NCBI GenBank assembly: GCA_963771275.1
Contig: CAVYSW010000009.1
Coordinates: forward strand, 396,882-460,881
Length of the DNA stretch: 64,000 nucleotides
Origin: an uncultured Gemmatimonadales bacterium
GTDB taxonomy: Bacteria; Gemmatimonadota; Gemmatimonadetes; Gemmatimonadales; GWC2-71-9
Direction: 5' to 3'
The notes beneath the pieces were generated by a model. It was not told where the DNA came from. It worked only from the letters and a program-made list of their open reading frames with translations, and ran no database searches. The position numbers and the translations under genes were made by a program. Each line of letters begins with the position of its first letter. Position 1 is the stretch's first letter. Shown in pieces: positions 18,264-28,112 of this stretch.

Positions 18264-19246
18264 CCCCGGCCGCCGTCACCGGAGGTCAGCCGGGGGGGCG
18301 GAGAGCCCGACCGCGCCTCCGCGGGACGGCCCGGAGCGACCGCCTCTTCCGTGGCGCGCTCACGGCGCTCGCCGCCGTGGTGCCGCTCCTGTTCCTGGCG
18401 CTGGCCGGCCTGCTCGCCGTCCTCGCCTGGCCGACGATCCGCGCGTTCGGCTTCCGATTCCTCACGACGTCCACCTGGGACCCGGTGGCCAACGTGTACG
18501 GCGCGGCCCCGATGATCTTCGGGACCTTGCTCTCGTCCTTCGTCGCACTCCTCCTGGCGGTCCCCCTGGCCGTCGGCGTCGCGATCTACCTCACGGAGTT
18601 CGCCCCCGGCTGGCTGCGACGCCCCGTCGGCACCCTCGTCGAGCTCCTCGCCGCCATCCCGAGCGTGGTGTACGGCCTGTGGGGCATCTTCGTGCTGATT
18701 CCCCTGCTCCGCACCTACGTGATCCCGCCGCTCCAGGCGGTCCTCGGCTGGACCCCGTTCTTCTCCGGCACGTTCTACGGCAATTCGATGCTGGCCGGCG
18801 GGGTCATTCTCGCCATCATGATCCTGCCCTACATCAGCTCGGTGAGCCGCGAGGTCCTCGCCGCGGTGCCCCCGTCGCAGCGGGAGGCCGCCCTGGCCCT
18901 CGGCGCCACCCGCTGGGAGGCGGTCTGGTCGGCCGTGCTTCCCTACGCGCGGACCGGGGTCATGGGCGCCGTCGTGCTCGGCCTGGGCCGCGCGCTGGGC
19001 GAGACCATGGCCGTCGTCATGGTGATCGGGAACCGGCACGACCTGAGCGTGTCGCTGGTCGAGCCGGGCTACACCATGGCGGCCATCATCGCCAACGAGT
19101 TCAACGAGGCGGCGGGCCTGCAGCGCGCCGCCCTGTTTGAGATCGGGCTGGTGCTGTTCGGCGTGACCGTCGCCGTCAATGCGCTGGCCCGCCTGCTGGT
19201 GTGGCGCGTGGCACGCGACAGCGCGGTCGGGAGCCGCGCCATATGA
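18236..19246 (+). CDS. pstC: Phosphate ABC transporter permease PstC
   Basis: WDP...[49 protein letters not shown]; start codon uncertain (GTG 18236). Confidence 0.92.
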   Translation: MDGPGGGQVAPAAVTGGQPGGRRARPRLRGTARSDRLFRGALTALAAVVPLLFLALAGLLAVLAWPTIRAFGFRFLTTSTWDPVANVYGAAPMIFGTLLSSFVALLLAVPLAVGVAIYLTEFAPGWLRRPVGTLVELLAAIPSVVYGLWGIFVLIPLLRTYVIPPLQAVLGWTPFFSGTFYGNSMLAGGVILAIMILPYISSVSREVLAAVPPSQREAALALGATRWEAVWSAVLPYARTGVMGAVVLGLGRALGETMAVVMVIGNRHDLSVSLVEPGYTMAAIIANEFNEAAGLQRAALFEIGLVLFGVTVAVNALARLLVWRVARDSAVGSRAI

Positions 19247-20088
19247 TCGCGCGCACCGCCCGCCGCCGGCTGTTCAGCCGGTTCATGACCGGACTCACCG
19301 TGCTGGCGGCGGTGATCGCCCTGGCGCCCCTGTTCGCCATCTTCGCCGATCTCGTGCTGCGCGGCGCCTCGAGCCTCAACGTCGACTTCTTCGTGAAGAA
19401 CCCGGCCGCCGCCGGGCAGACCGGCGGTGGGGTGGCGAACGCCATCGTCGGCACGCTCATTATCGTGGGGCTCGCCGCCGCCATCGGGTTGCCAATCGGG
19501 ATCGGGGGGGGCGTCTACCTCGCGGAATACGGCGGCGGCGGGTTCGGCACGGTCGTGCGGTTTCTCGCCGACGTGCTGAACGGCACGCCGTCGGTCATCG
19601 TTGGGATCTTCGCGTGGACCTGGATCGTGCGCCCGATGGGCCACTTCTCCGCGGTTGCGGGCGCCCTGGCCCTGGCGGTGCTCATCATCCCCATGGTTAC
19701 ACGCACCACCGAGGAGATGGTGCGCCTGGTCCCGCACTCGCTGCGCGAGGCCGCCCTCGCGCTGGGGTTCCCGCGCTGGCGCGCCACGGCGAAGATCATG
19801 GTGCGGGCCGCCTGGCCCGGCATCGTGACCGGGGCGCTCGTCGCCGTCGCCCGCGTCGCCGGCGAGACGGCGCCCTTGTTGTTCACCGCGCTCGGCAATC
19901 TCAACTTCAAGACCGACGTCATGCAGCCGATGCAGACGTTGTCGCTGCAGATCTACGTGTTCGCCACCGGCCCGTTCGAGGAGTGGCACCGCCTCGCCTG
20001 GGGCGCCGCTCTGGTGCTCATGGGAATCGTCTTGCTGGTGGGAATCGCCGCTCGGCTGGCCACGCGCACCCGGTTCCGCGATGGCTGA
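19243..20088 (+). CDS. pstA: Phosphate ABC transporter permease PstA
   Basis: [45 protein letters not shown]. Confidence 0.95.
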   Translation: MIARTARRRLFSRFMTGLTVLAAVIALAPLFAIFADLVLRGASSLNVDFFVKNPAAAGQTGGGVANAIVGTLIIVGLAAAIGLPIGIGGGVYLAEYGGGGFGTVVRFLADVLNGTPSVIVGIFAWTWIVRPMGHFSAVAGALALAVLIIPMVTRTTEEMVRLVPHSLREAALALGFPRWRATAKIMVRAAWPGIVTGALVAVARVAGETAPLLFTALGNLNFKTDVMQPMQTLSLQIYVFATGPFEEWHRLAWGAALVLMGIVLLVGIAARLATRTRFRDG

Positions 20089-20848
20089 GCCGGCCGCGCC
20101 GCTCCGCACCGAGCAGATCACCGCCCTGTTCGGCGACAAGGCGGCGGTGAAGGACGTGACGCTCCATTTCCCGGGGAATACGGTGACGGCGATCATCGGG
20201 CCGTCGGGCTGCGGCAAGAGCACCTTCCTGCGCTGCCTCAACCGGCTGCACGAGCTGTCGCGCGGCGGGAGCGTCCGCGGCCAAGTGCTGCTCGACGGCG
20301 AGGACATCTACCACCCGGCGGTGAATCCGGTCGACGTCCGGCGGCGCATCGGGATGGTGTTCCAGCAGCCGAATCCGTTCCCGACGATGTCGATCTACCA
20401 CAACGTGGCGGCGGGGCTCACCGTGAACGGCCGCCGGTCGCGGGCCGAGACCGCCGCCGCCGTGGAGCGTGCACTCAAGAGCGCCGCGCTGTGGGACGAG
20501 GTCAAGGACCGCCTGCGGGCGAGTCCGCTGGCGCTGTCGGGCGGGCAGCAGCAGCGCCTCTGCATCGCTCGGACCATCGCCCCCGAGCCCGAGGTGATCC
20601 TGCTGGACGAGCCGACGTCCGCGCTGGACCCGATCGCGACGCAGTCGATCGAAGAGCTCGTGCAGGAGTTGAAGCGCACCTTCACCGTGGTGATCGTAAC
20701 GCACAACATGCAGCAGGCGGCCCGCGTCTCCGACTACACGGCGTTCCTGTACCTCGGGGAGCTGGTCGAGCGCGGCGACACGACGACCCTGTTCACCGCG
20801 CCCCGCGAGCAGCGCACCGAGGCGTACATCACGGGACGGTTCGGGTGA
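20081..20848 (+). CDS. pstB: Phosphate ABC transporter ATP-binding protein PstB
   Basis: [43 protein letters not shown]. Confidence 0.95.
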   Translation: MAEPAAPLRTEQITALFGDKAAVKDVTLHFPGNTVTAIIGPSGCGKSTFLRCLNRLHELSRGGSVRGQVLLDGEDIYHPAVNPVDVRRRIGMVFQQPNPFPTMSIYHNVAAGLTVNGRRSRAETAAAVERALKSAALWDEVKDRLRASPLALSGGQQQRLCIARTIAPEPEVILLDEPTSALDPIATQSIEELVQELKRTFTVVIVTHNMQQAARVSDYTAFLYLGELVERGDTTTLFTAPREQRTEAYITGRFG

Positions 20849-21600
20849 CGGCGGCCGTCGAGATCCGGGACTTCGGGTTCTGGTACGGCCGCACGCAGGC
20901 GCTCAGGGCGATCTCGCTGGCCGTGGCGCCGGGCCAGATCACGGCGTTCATCGGCCCGTCGGGCTGCGGCAAGAGCACGCTGCTCCGCGCGATCAACCGG
21001 ATGAACGAGCTGCTGCCCGGCACCCGACACGAGGGCGACGTGCAGCTGTTCGGCAAGTCGGTGTACGCGCCGACGGTCGACGTCGTGGGGCTGCGCCGCC
21101 AGATCGGGATGGTATTCCAGAAGCCCAATCCGTTCCCCAAGACGATCTTCGACAACGTGGCGTACGGCCCCAGCGTCAACGCGCTGTGCGGCGCCGCCGA
21201 GCTGCCGGATCGGGTGGAGCACGCCCTCAAGCGCGCCGCGCTGTGGGACGAGGTGGTCGACCGGCTCGACGAGCTCGGCACCGGGCTCTCCGGCGGTCAG
21301 CAGCAGCGGCTCTGCATTGCGCGCGCCCTGGCCAACGATCCAGAGATCCTGCTCCTCGACGAGCCGTGCTCGGCGCTCGACCCGATCGCGACGCAGCGGA
21401 TCGAGGAGCTGCTGGTCGAGCTCAAGCAGGAAGTCACCATCGTCATCGTCACCCACAACCTGCATCAGGCCGCGCGCATCGCGGATGACGCGGCGTTCTT
21501 CTACCTTGGTGAGTTGGTGGAGTTCGGCCGGGCCGAGGACCTCTTTACCCGCCCGCGCGAAAAACGGACGGAAGCCTACGTGACCGGGAGATTCGGATGA
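20845..21600 (+). CDS. pstB: Second PstB ATP-binding protein
   Basis: Same motifs ([41 protein letters not shown]); GTG start overlaps the previous stop. Confidence 0.95.
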   Translation: MTAAVEIRDFGFWYGRTQALRAISLAVAPGQITAFIGPSGCGKSTLLRAINRMNELLPGTRHEGDVQLFGKSVYAPTVDVVGLRRQIGMVFQKPNPFPKTIFDNVAYGPSVNALCGAAELPDRVEHALKRAALWDEVVDRLDELGTGLSGGQQQRLCIARALANDPEILLLDEPCSALDPIATQRIEELLVELKQEVTIVIVTHNLHQAARIADDAAFFYLGELVEFGRAEDLFTRPREKRTEAYVTGRFG

Positions 21601-22274
21601 CGGGCACCCCCCATCGCCATTTCCACGACGAACTGGCCCGCCTCAAGGACCGGCTGCTCCAGATGTCGGCCCAGGCCCAGGACGCGCTCGACCGATCCGT
21701 GCGGGCGGTGCTGCAGCGGGACGCTCCGGCGGCCGACCGCGTGCTGCGGGAGGACCGCCAGATCGACGCCCTCGAAGTCGAGATCGAGGAGATGGTCACC
21801 AACCTCCTGGCGCTGCACCAGCCGATGGCACGGGACCTCCGCCTGATCCTGTCCGCGCTCAAGATCTCCAACGATCTCGAGCGCGTGGGCGACCATGGAG
21901 CCAATATCGCGGGCTGCGCGCAGCGATTGCTCGACCAGCGGCCCATCACGCCGGAGCCCGAGATCGTCGAGATGGGCCGGCTGGCCCGCGGCATGCTGGC
22001 CGACGCGATCGACGCATTCGTGCGGGGCGATGCCGCCCTCGGCCGCGACGTCTGCGGCCGGGACGATCAGGTGGATGCCCTGCACCGCTCGGTCTTCCGC
22101 ATCTTGCTCACCCACATGGCGGAGGACCCGCACACGATCGGGGCCGCCATGGAGCTGTTCCTCGTGAGCCGCAACCTCGAGCGGGTGGCGGACCTCGCCA
22201 CCAACGTCGCCGAAGACGTGGTGTTCCTCGTTGAGGGCAAGAGCATCAAGCACGGCGCCGAGTTGCAGCAGTAG
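21597..22274 (+). CDS. phoU: Phosphate signalling protein PhoU
   Basis: [33 protein letters not shown] repeats. Confidence 0.95.
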   Translation: MTGTPHRHFHDELARLKDRLLQMSAQAQDALDRSVRAVLQRDAPAADRVLREDRQIDALEVEIEEMVTNLLALHQPMARDLRLILSALKISNDLERVGDHGANIAGCAQRLLDQRPITPEPEIVEMGRLARGMLADAIDAFVRGDAALGRDVCGRDDQVDALHRSVFRILLTHMAEDPHTIGAAMELFLVSRNLERVADLATNVAEDVVFLVEGKSIKHGAELQQ

Positions 22275-22286
22275 AACCGGGACGCA

Positions 22287-22309
22287 CCGGGGGGCGGGCA
22301 CCCCCCCGG
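22287..22309 (+). terminator. GC hairpin downstream of phoU
   Basis: CCGGGGGG / CCCCCCGG stem; weak U-tract. Confidence 0.35.
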
Positions 22310-22370
22310 ACCCCCATATACCCCTTTTCCCGGGATTCCTCCGCCCTCCCCCCCCGTACCGGCAGGCGTC

Positions 22371-22408
22371 GATACACGACCGTTACAACGCTGACACGCT
22401 CGCGTTAT
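22371..22408 (+). promoter_or_regulatory. Putative Pho box upstream of porin-pstS2
   Basis: GATAC 22371, GTTAC 22382, GACAC 22393, GTTAT 22404 at 11-bp period. Confidence 0.55.
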
Positions 22409-22487
22409 CGCATCCGGTGAATCTGCTCACTCGGGGTGCGGATCACCGGCCCCTCGACCATCCCCCAACCGAAGGAATCGCCCTGTG

Positions 22488-23510
22488 ATGGACCGGAATC
22501 GACGCTGGATGTTCGCCGGGCTCGGGGCAGTCCTGATGCTCGCCTCCCAGGCAGGACCGGCGGCGGCACAGGGCGTGACCGTGGGCGGGTTGGCCTACGG
22601 CCAGTACCTCTACCAGCTCAAGGACACGGCGGGCCACGCCAACAGCTTCTCCATTCAGCGCGCCTACATCAACGTCGTCGGCAAGTTCAACGACGGGCTG
22701 GTCGCCCGGATCACGCCGGACGTGTACACCCAGACGGACGGCTCCATCGTGCTCCGGCTCAAGTACGCCTACGCCGCCTATACCCCCGGGAACGGTCCCC
22801 TGACCTTCAAGCTCGGCCTGATCCACACGCCGTGGCTCGACTGGGCGGAAGGCGTGTGGGACTACCGGATGCAGGGCACGATGTCTCCCGAGCGGAACGG
22901 CTACATCACCTCGTCGGACCTGGGGTTCGGCGTGGACGGCGCGTGGGGCAAACAGATGGTCAACATGCAGGTCGGCCTCTACAACGGCGAGGGCTACCAC
23001 GGCGGCACCGGCGACAAGCGCAAGGACGTGATGGGGCGCGTTTCGGTGCGGCTGCTCTCCACGGATGACGCGGGCGGCCGCGGTGGACTGCGGCTCACCG
23101 CCTACGGGCAATACGGCAAGCCGACGGGCGGCGGGAAGCGAACGCGCCTGATCGGGATGCTCTCCTACAAGCGCAGTCTCGTCACGCTGGCAGCCGAGGG
23201 CACCATCGCCCAGGACTCCTCCACCACGACACCCTCGCCCGACGTCACCGGCCGCGTGCTGAGCGGCTTCGGGGTCTTCAACATCCCCAATACGAAGGCC
23301 GCCCTCGTCGCCCGGGTGGATCTCGCCGATCCGGACAAGGATGTGACTGGAGATTCACAGACCCGTTTCATCGGCGGCGTTTCGTACATGCCGCACCCGC
23401 ACCTGCGGCTCCTCGCCAACCTGGACTACCTGCACTACCAGGGGACGCCCACGCCGGCTCAGGAAGCGGGCCGGGCGCAGGCGCTGTTCCAGATGGAATT
23501 CACGTTCTGA
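22488..23510 (+). CDS. Outer-membrane beta-barrel porin (phosphate porin-like)
   Basis: Signal peptide ending AAA-Q; FSIQRAYIN, RLKYAY, YNGEGY; C-terminal F; directly upstream of pstS2. Confidence 0.7.
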   Translation: MDRNRRWMFAGLGAVLMLASQAGPAAAQGVTVGGLAYGQYLYQLKDTAGHANSFSIQRAYINVVGKFNDGLVARITPDVYTQTDGSIVLRLKYAYAAYTPGNGPLTFKLGLIHTPWLDWAEGVWDYRMQGTMSPERNGYITSSDLGFGVDGAWGKQMVNMQVGLYNGEGYHGGTGDKRKDVMGRVSVRLLSTDDAGGRGGLRLTAYGQYGKPTGGGKRTRLIGMLSYKRSLVTLAAEGTIAQDSSTTTPSPDVTGRVLSGFGVFNIPNTKAALVARVDLADPDKDVTGDSQTRFIGGVSYMPHPHLRLLANLDYLHYQGTPTPAQEAGRAQALFQMEFTF

Positions 23511-23529
23511 CCCACGCGGGAGGACTTCT

Positions 23530-24579
23530 ATGAGACTGACACGGCTGATCCCCGCCATCGCGGCGGCCTGCGTTGCATCGCCCGCGGCGGCTCAGGTGCT
23601 GCTGAATGGTGCCGGCGCGACGTTTCCCAACATCATCTACCAGGACTGGATCATCGCCTACAACAAGGCGACGGCGGGCGTCGAGCTGAACTACCAGTCG
23701 ATCGGCTCGGGCGGCGGCATCCAGCAGTTCACGGCCGGCACGGTGGACTTCGGCGCGAGCGACGCCCCGATGTCCGACCAGGAAATCGCGGCCGTGAGCG
23801 GCAACGTGATCCACATCCCGACCGTGCTCGGCGCGGTGCTGCCGACGTACAACCTGCCGGGGGTTGCCGGAGCCCTGAAGTTCAGCCCGGCGGTGCTGGC
23901 CGACATCTACCTCGGCAAGATCACGAAGTGGAACGACCCGCGGCTCGCCGCCCTCAACCCGGGAATGAAGCTCCCGGATCTCGGCATCGCGGTGGCCCAC
24001 CGTTCCGACGGGTCGGGGACCACGTTCATCTTCACCGACTACCTCTCCAAGGTGAGCCCGGAGTGGTCGGCGAAGGTCGGGACGGGCAAGTCGGTGAACT
24101 GGCCCGCGGGAATCGGCGCCAAGGGCAACGAGGGCGTCTCGGCGACGGTGAGCCAGACCCCGGGCGCGATCGGCTACATCGAGCTGGGCTACGCGATGAT
24201 CAACAAGCTCCCCGTGGGCGCCGTGCAGAACAAGTCCGGGAAGTTCATCACACCCACGATCGCGAGCGTGACGGCGGCGGCGGCGGGGGCCATGAAGCAG
24301 ATGGGGCCTGAAACCGATTTCCGCGTGTCGATCGTCAACCCCGACGGCGCGGACGCCTACCCGATCGCGAGCTTCACGTGGCTGTTGCTCCACAAGCAGT
24401 ACGACGACGCCACCAAGGCCGGCGCGCTCGCCAGGTTCGTGTGGTGGGCGGAGACCGACGGCCAGGCCCGCTGCGCCGATCTGGGGTACGCACCGCTGCC
24501 CACGGCGATGCAGCCGTGGATCCAGGCTCGGCTCAAGAGCATCACGGCACAGGGCCGTCCGGTCTGGGCAAGCCGCTAG
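23530..24579 (+). CDS. pstS: Second PstS (soluble periplasmic form)
   Basis: LNGAGATFP, YQSIGSGGG, HRSDGSGTT, YPIASFTW; Sec signal ending PAAA-Q. Confidence 0.95.
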   Translation: MRLTRLIPAIAAACVASPAAAQVLLNGAGATFPNIIYQDWIIAYNKATAGVELNYQSIGSGGGIQQFTAGTVDFGASDAPMSDQEIAAVSGNVIHIPTVLGAVLPTYNLPGVAGALKFSPAVLADIYLGKITKWNDPRLAALNPGMKLPDLGIAVAHRSDGSGTTFIFTDYLSKVSPEWSAKVGTGKSVNWPAGIGAKGNEGVSATVSQTPGAIGYIELGYAMINKLPVGAVQNKSGKFITPTIASVTAAAAGAMKQMGPETDFRVSIVNPDGADAYPIASFTWLLLHKQYDDATKAGALARFVWWAETDGQARCADLGYAPLPTAMQPWIQARLKSITAQGRPVWASR

Positions 24580-24614
24580 ACGCAGCCGGCACCCAGCAGC
24601 CGGTCTGTCACAGG

Positions 24615-24648
24615 ACGGGGGGCGAGCGACACGCCCCCCGTGCGTTTT
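24615..24648 (+). terminator. Rho-independent terminator
   Basis: ACGGGGGGCG / CGCCCCCCGT stem followed by GCGTTTT, between convergent genes. Confidence 0.65.
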
Positions 24649-24652
24649 CAGG

Positions 24653-25399
24653 CTACGCGATCACGGCCACCCGCTGGCGTCGCGCCAGGAACTCCGACCG
24701 CGCGAACAGCTTGATGAGCAGCGCGCCGGCGAAGAACCCGCCAAGGTGGGCCATGAAGGCCACTCCGCCGCCCGAATCCGACCCGCCGAACGCCGGCAGG
24801 GTGCCGAGGAACTGCAGCAGCACCCAGTAGAGCAGCATGATCCACGCCGGAAGGGTGATCCGCGTGATGAAGATGCCAAGGAAGATCAGGGTGTGGACCC
24901 GCACCCGTGGGAACAGCACGAGGTAGGCCCCCATCACGCCGCTGATCGCGCCCGAGGCCCCCACCATCGGAATCGGCGATGCGGGTTGGCTCAGCACCTG
25001 AGCGGCGGCCGCGATCAGCCCGCACAGGAGATAGAAGCCGAGGAACCGCCCGTGACCCATCGAGTCTTCGATGTTGTTGCCGAACACCCAGAAGAACCAC
25101 ATGTTGCCGAGGATGTGAAACCAGCCGCCGTGCATGAACATCGAGGTGAGCGGGCTGAGCCAGGACGCCTGCGCCGCGATGACGCACGCCACCGTGGGCC
25201 CCATCGGGATCTGCGTGCCCGCCGGCACCCGGTGCAGCAGCTCGCCCGGAATCAGCCCCAGCTCGCACACGGACCGCGTGAGCGCCGGCTCGGTCCCGGC
25301 GCCCTGGAGCAGCACCCAGACGAGCGCGTTCAGCCCGATGATCCCGAGCGTGATCACCGGGGTGAGGAAGGTCGGGTTCTCGTCCTTGTACGGGAACAC
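24653..25399 (-). CDS. Rhomboid-family intramembrane serine protease
   Basis: SMFMHGGWFHILGNM, VGASGAISG (catalytic Ser), AHLGGF (catalytic His). Confidence 0.92.
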   Translation of the reverse strand: MFPYKDENPTFLTPVITLGIIGLNALVWVLLQGAGTEPALTRSVCELGLIPGELLHRVPAGTQIPMGPTVACVIAAQASWLSPLTSMFMHGGWFHILGNMWFFWVFGNNIEDSMGHGRFLGFYLLCGLIAAAAQVLSQPASPIPMVGASGAISGVMGAYLVLFPRVRVHTLIFLGIFITRITLPAWIMLLYWVLLQFLGTLPAFGGSDSGGGVAFMAHLGGFFAGALLIKLFARSEFLARRQRVAVIA

Positions 25400-25411
25400 G
25401 GCGCCTTCGGA

Positions 25412-25588
25412 TCAGCTCCCGACCGCCCCGAGCACCTTCTTGCAGTGCGGGCAGCTCATGATGGCGATGTAGCCGACCAGCGCCGGCCCACCCTTCACCT
25501 TGTGCCACGTCATCTCGTTGAGCGTGGCCTTGCAGTGCGGGCACGTGGGTGGAAGCTCACTGCGCTCGAGCTGAATCTTCTCGGTCAT
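25412..25588 (-). CDS. Small 58-aa Zn-ribbon protein (not in the ORF track)
   Basis: Manual translation MTEKIQLERSELPPTCPHCKATLNEMTWHKVKGGPALVGYIAIMSCPHCKKVLGAVGS*; strong RBS GGAGGGAG; two CxxC motifs. Confidence 0.75.
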   Translation of the reverse strand: MTEKIQLERSELPPTCPHCKATLNEMTWHKVKGGPALVGYIAIMSCPHCKKVLGAVGS

Positions 25589-25616
25589 CCGGTGTCTCCC
25601 TCCGCGCGGGCGCCGG

Positions 25617-25826
25617 CTACGGCGCGTGGTGATGCGCGCCGCCCGTCAGACAATCGAGGACGGCGCGACAGCGGTCGCAGGACAGCACGATCGTATACGG
25701 GATCATCGGGCCACCGCGGACCTTGTGCCAGCGAATCCGGGTCACGATCGCCCCGCACCACGGACAGAGCGGCCGGCTCTCGCTCCACGCCAACACCGTC
25801 TTGCCCTGAGTCCTGGTGGAATCCAT
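25617..25826 (-). CDS. Small 69-aa Zn-ribbon protein, paralogue of the neighbouring gene
   Basis: MDSTRTQG...CPWC...WHKVRGGP..Y..VLSCDRCRAVL; RBS GGAGG. Confidence 0.7.
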   Translation of the reverse strand: MDSTRTQGKTVLAWSESRPLCPWCGAIVTRIRWHKVRGGPMIPYTIVLSCDRCRAVLDCLTGGAHHHAP

Positions 25827-25994
25827 CTCCGGCCTCCACACCGCGAGCCGCAAGTCTAGATCAACCGACTCGCCACCACAAGCTCAGCGACTGCCTGCCA
25901 GAAGCCCTCTATGTCGTACACATGTAAACAATTATATCACAATTACTTATCAAGTTCTGACATCGTCACGCCATGCCATTTTGGCACCAAAACC

Positions 25995-26010
25995 CGGTAC
26001 GTCCCTTGCT
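25995..26010 (+). promoter_or_regulatory. Sigma54 (-24/-12) promoter of dnaK
   Basis: CGGTAC-N5-TTGCT has the invariant GG-N10-GC spacing; AT-rich tract and IHF-like TATCAAGTTCTGA at ~25948-25960. Confidence 0.55.
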
Positions 26011-26069
26011 CCCCAGCCCAGCGACGCACTTCGCTCGTCAAGCATCCATATTCAGGCTGAGAGGGCAAC

Positions 26070-27983
26070 ATGGCGCAGAAAGTGATCGGGATCGACCTGG
26101 GCACCACCAACTCGGTGGTCGCCGTGATGGAAGGCGGCGACCCGGTCGTGATCCCGAACTCGGAAGGCGGCCGCACGACGCCGTCGGTAGTCGCGTTCAC
26201 CAAGGACGGCGAGCGGCTCGTGGGGCAGGTCGCCAAGCGGCAGGCGGTGACCAACCCGCGGAACACCGTGTTCTCGATCAAGCGCTTTATGGGCCGCCGC
26301 ATGCCGGAGATCACCGTCGAGAAGGCGCGCGTGCCGTACACCGTGTCGGCCGGTCGCAACGATCTCGCATCGGTCGACATCCAGGGCAAGCAGTACACGC
26401 CGCCCGAGATCTCCGCCATGATCCTCCAGAAGATGCGCCAGACGGCGGAGGACTACCTCGGGCACAAGGTCGAAAAGGCCGTCGTCACGGTGCCCGCGTA
26501 CTTCAACGACTCGCAGCGCCAGGCCACGAAGGACGCGGGCAAGATCGCGGGGCTCGACGTGCTCCGCATCATCAACGAGCCCACCGCCGCCGCGCTGGCC
26601 TACGGCCTCGACCGCAAGAAGGAGGAGAAGATCGCGGTGTTCGACCTGGGCGGCGGGACGTACGATATTTCCGTGCTCGAGCTGGCCGAGGGCGTCTTCG
26701 AGGTGAAGTCGACCAACGGTGACACGCACCTGGGCGGCGACGACCTCGACGACCGCGTGATCCACTGGCTGGTGGACGAATTCAAGAAGGACCAGGGGAT
26801 CGACCTCTCGAAGGACGCCATGGCCTTGCAGCGCCTCAAGGAAGCGGCCGAGAAGGCCAAGATGGAGCTGTCGACCACGACGCAGACCGAGATCAACCTG
26901 CCGTTCATCACGGCGGACCAGTCGGGGCCGAAGCACCTCAACATGAGCCTCACGCGCGCCAAGTTCGAGCAGCTGGTCGACGACCTGCTGCAGCGCACCC
27001 TCCCGCCGATGGAGCAGGCCCTGAAGGACGCCAGGCTCAAGCCGTCCGAGGTCGACGAGGTCATCCTGGTCGGCGGCTCCACGCGGATCCCGAAGGTCCA
27101 GGAGATCGTCAAGGCCTTTTTCGGCAAAGACCCGCACAAGGGCGTCAACCCGGACGAGGTCGTCGCGATCGGCGCCGCGATTCAGGGCGGCGTGCTGGCG
27201 GGCGAGGTGAAGGACATTCTGCTGCTCGACGTGACCCCGCTGTCGCTCGGCATCGAGACGCTGGGCGGCGTCACCACCGTGCTGATCCCGCGGAACACGA
27301 CGATCCCGACCAAGAAGTCCGAGGTGTTCTCGACGGCGGAAGACACCCAGACGACGGTGGAAATCCACGTGCTGCAGGGTGAGCGCCAGATGGCGGTGGA
27401 CAACCGGACGCTCGGCCGCTTCCAGCTCACCGGCATCCCGCCGGCGCCGCGCGGCATGCCGCAGATCGAGGTGACGTTCGACATCGACGCCAACGGCATC
27501 CTCCACGTCTCGGCCCGGGACAAGGCGACGAACAAGGAGCAGAAGATCCGGATCGAGGGCACGAGCGGGCTGTCCGAGACGGAGGTCGAGAAGATGGTGA
27601 AGCAGGCCGAGGCGCACGCGTCCGAGGACAAGGAGCGGCGCGAGCAGATCGACCGGCGCAACCGGCTCGACGCGATGGTCTACGAGGTGGAGAAGAACTC
27701 CAAGGAGTGGGCCGACCGGCTGGACTCGACGAACAAGGAGCGGCTCGCCAAGGCGGTCGAGGGCGCCAAGGAAGCGCTGCGCACCGGCGCCCCGGACGGC
27801 GTGAAGAGCGCCCTGGACGAGCTGTCGCAGGCCTACTCGGCGGCGGGGACATCGCTATACGAGGCCGCGCAGTCACAGAGCGCGGAGTCCGGCGGTGGCG
27901 CCAGCGAGACCAAGGCGGAGCCGCCCAAGCAGGACGACGTCGTCGAGGCAGACTACGAGGTGGTGGACGACAACAAACCGTGA
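26070..27983 (+). CDS. dnaK: Chaperone DnaK (Hsp70)
   Basis: [56 protein letters not shown]. Confidence 0.98.
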   Translation: MAQKVIGIDLGTTNSVVAVMEGGDPVVIPNSEGGRTTPSVVAFTKDGERLVGQVAKRQAVTNPRNTVFSIKRFMGRRMPEITVEKARVPYTVSAGRNDLASVDIQGKQYTPPEISAMILQKMRQTAEDYLGHKVEKAVVTVPAYFNDSQRQATKDAGKIAGLDVLRIINEPTAAALAYGLDRKKEEKIAVFDLGGGTYDISVLELAEGVFEVKSTNGDTHLGGDDLDDRVIHWLVDEFKKDQGIDLSKDAMALQRLKEAAEKAKMELSTTTQTEINLPFITADQSGPKHLNMSLTRAKFEQLVDDLLQRTLPPMEQALKDARLKPSEVDEVILVGGSTRIPKVQEIVKAFFGKDPHKGVNPDEVVAIGAAIQGGVLAGEVKDILLLDVTPLSLGIETLGGVTTVLIPRNTTIPTKKSEVFSTAEDTQTTVEIHVLQGERQMAVDNRTLGRFQLTGIPPAPRGMPQIEVTFDIDANGILHVSARDKATNKEQKIRIEGTSGLSETEVEKMVKQAEAHASEDKERREQIDRRNRLDAMVYEVEKNSKEWADRLDSTNKERLAKAVEGAKEALRTGAPDGVKSALDELSQAYSAAGTSLYEAAQSQSAESGGGASETKAEPPKQDDVVEADYEVVDDNKP

Positions 27984-27986
27984 AGG

Positions 27987-28042
27987 GTGTAGCGTGCAGC
28001 GTGCAGCGGCGAACTAGGCCCCCTGCACGCTGTACGCTGCAC
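27987..28042. repeat. 20-bp inverted repeat built from a heptamer (AGCGTGC) unit
   Basis: GTGTAGCGTGCAGCGTGCAG ... CTGCACGCTGTACGCTGCAC directly after the dnaK stop. Confidence 0.7.
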
Positions 28043-28112
28043 GACTGTCACGGAACTCCCCCGGCTCCGGGGGTTATCTTTGGAGTACCAGCCTCCAGTA
28101 CTAGGGAAGCCT

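Noticed and set aside
25900..26070. CIRCE element upstream of dnaK
   Set aside because: No TTAGCACTC-N9-GAGTGCTAA-like inverted repeat is present
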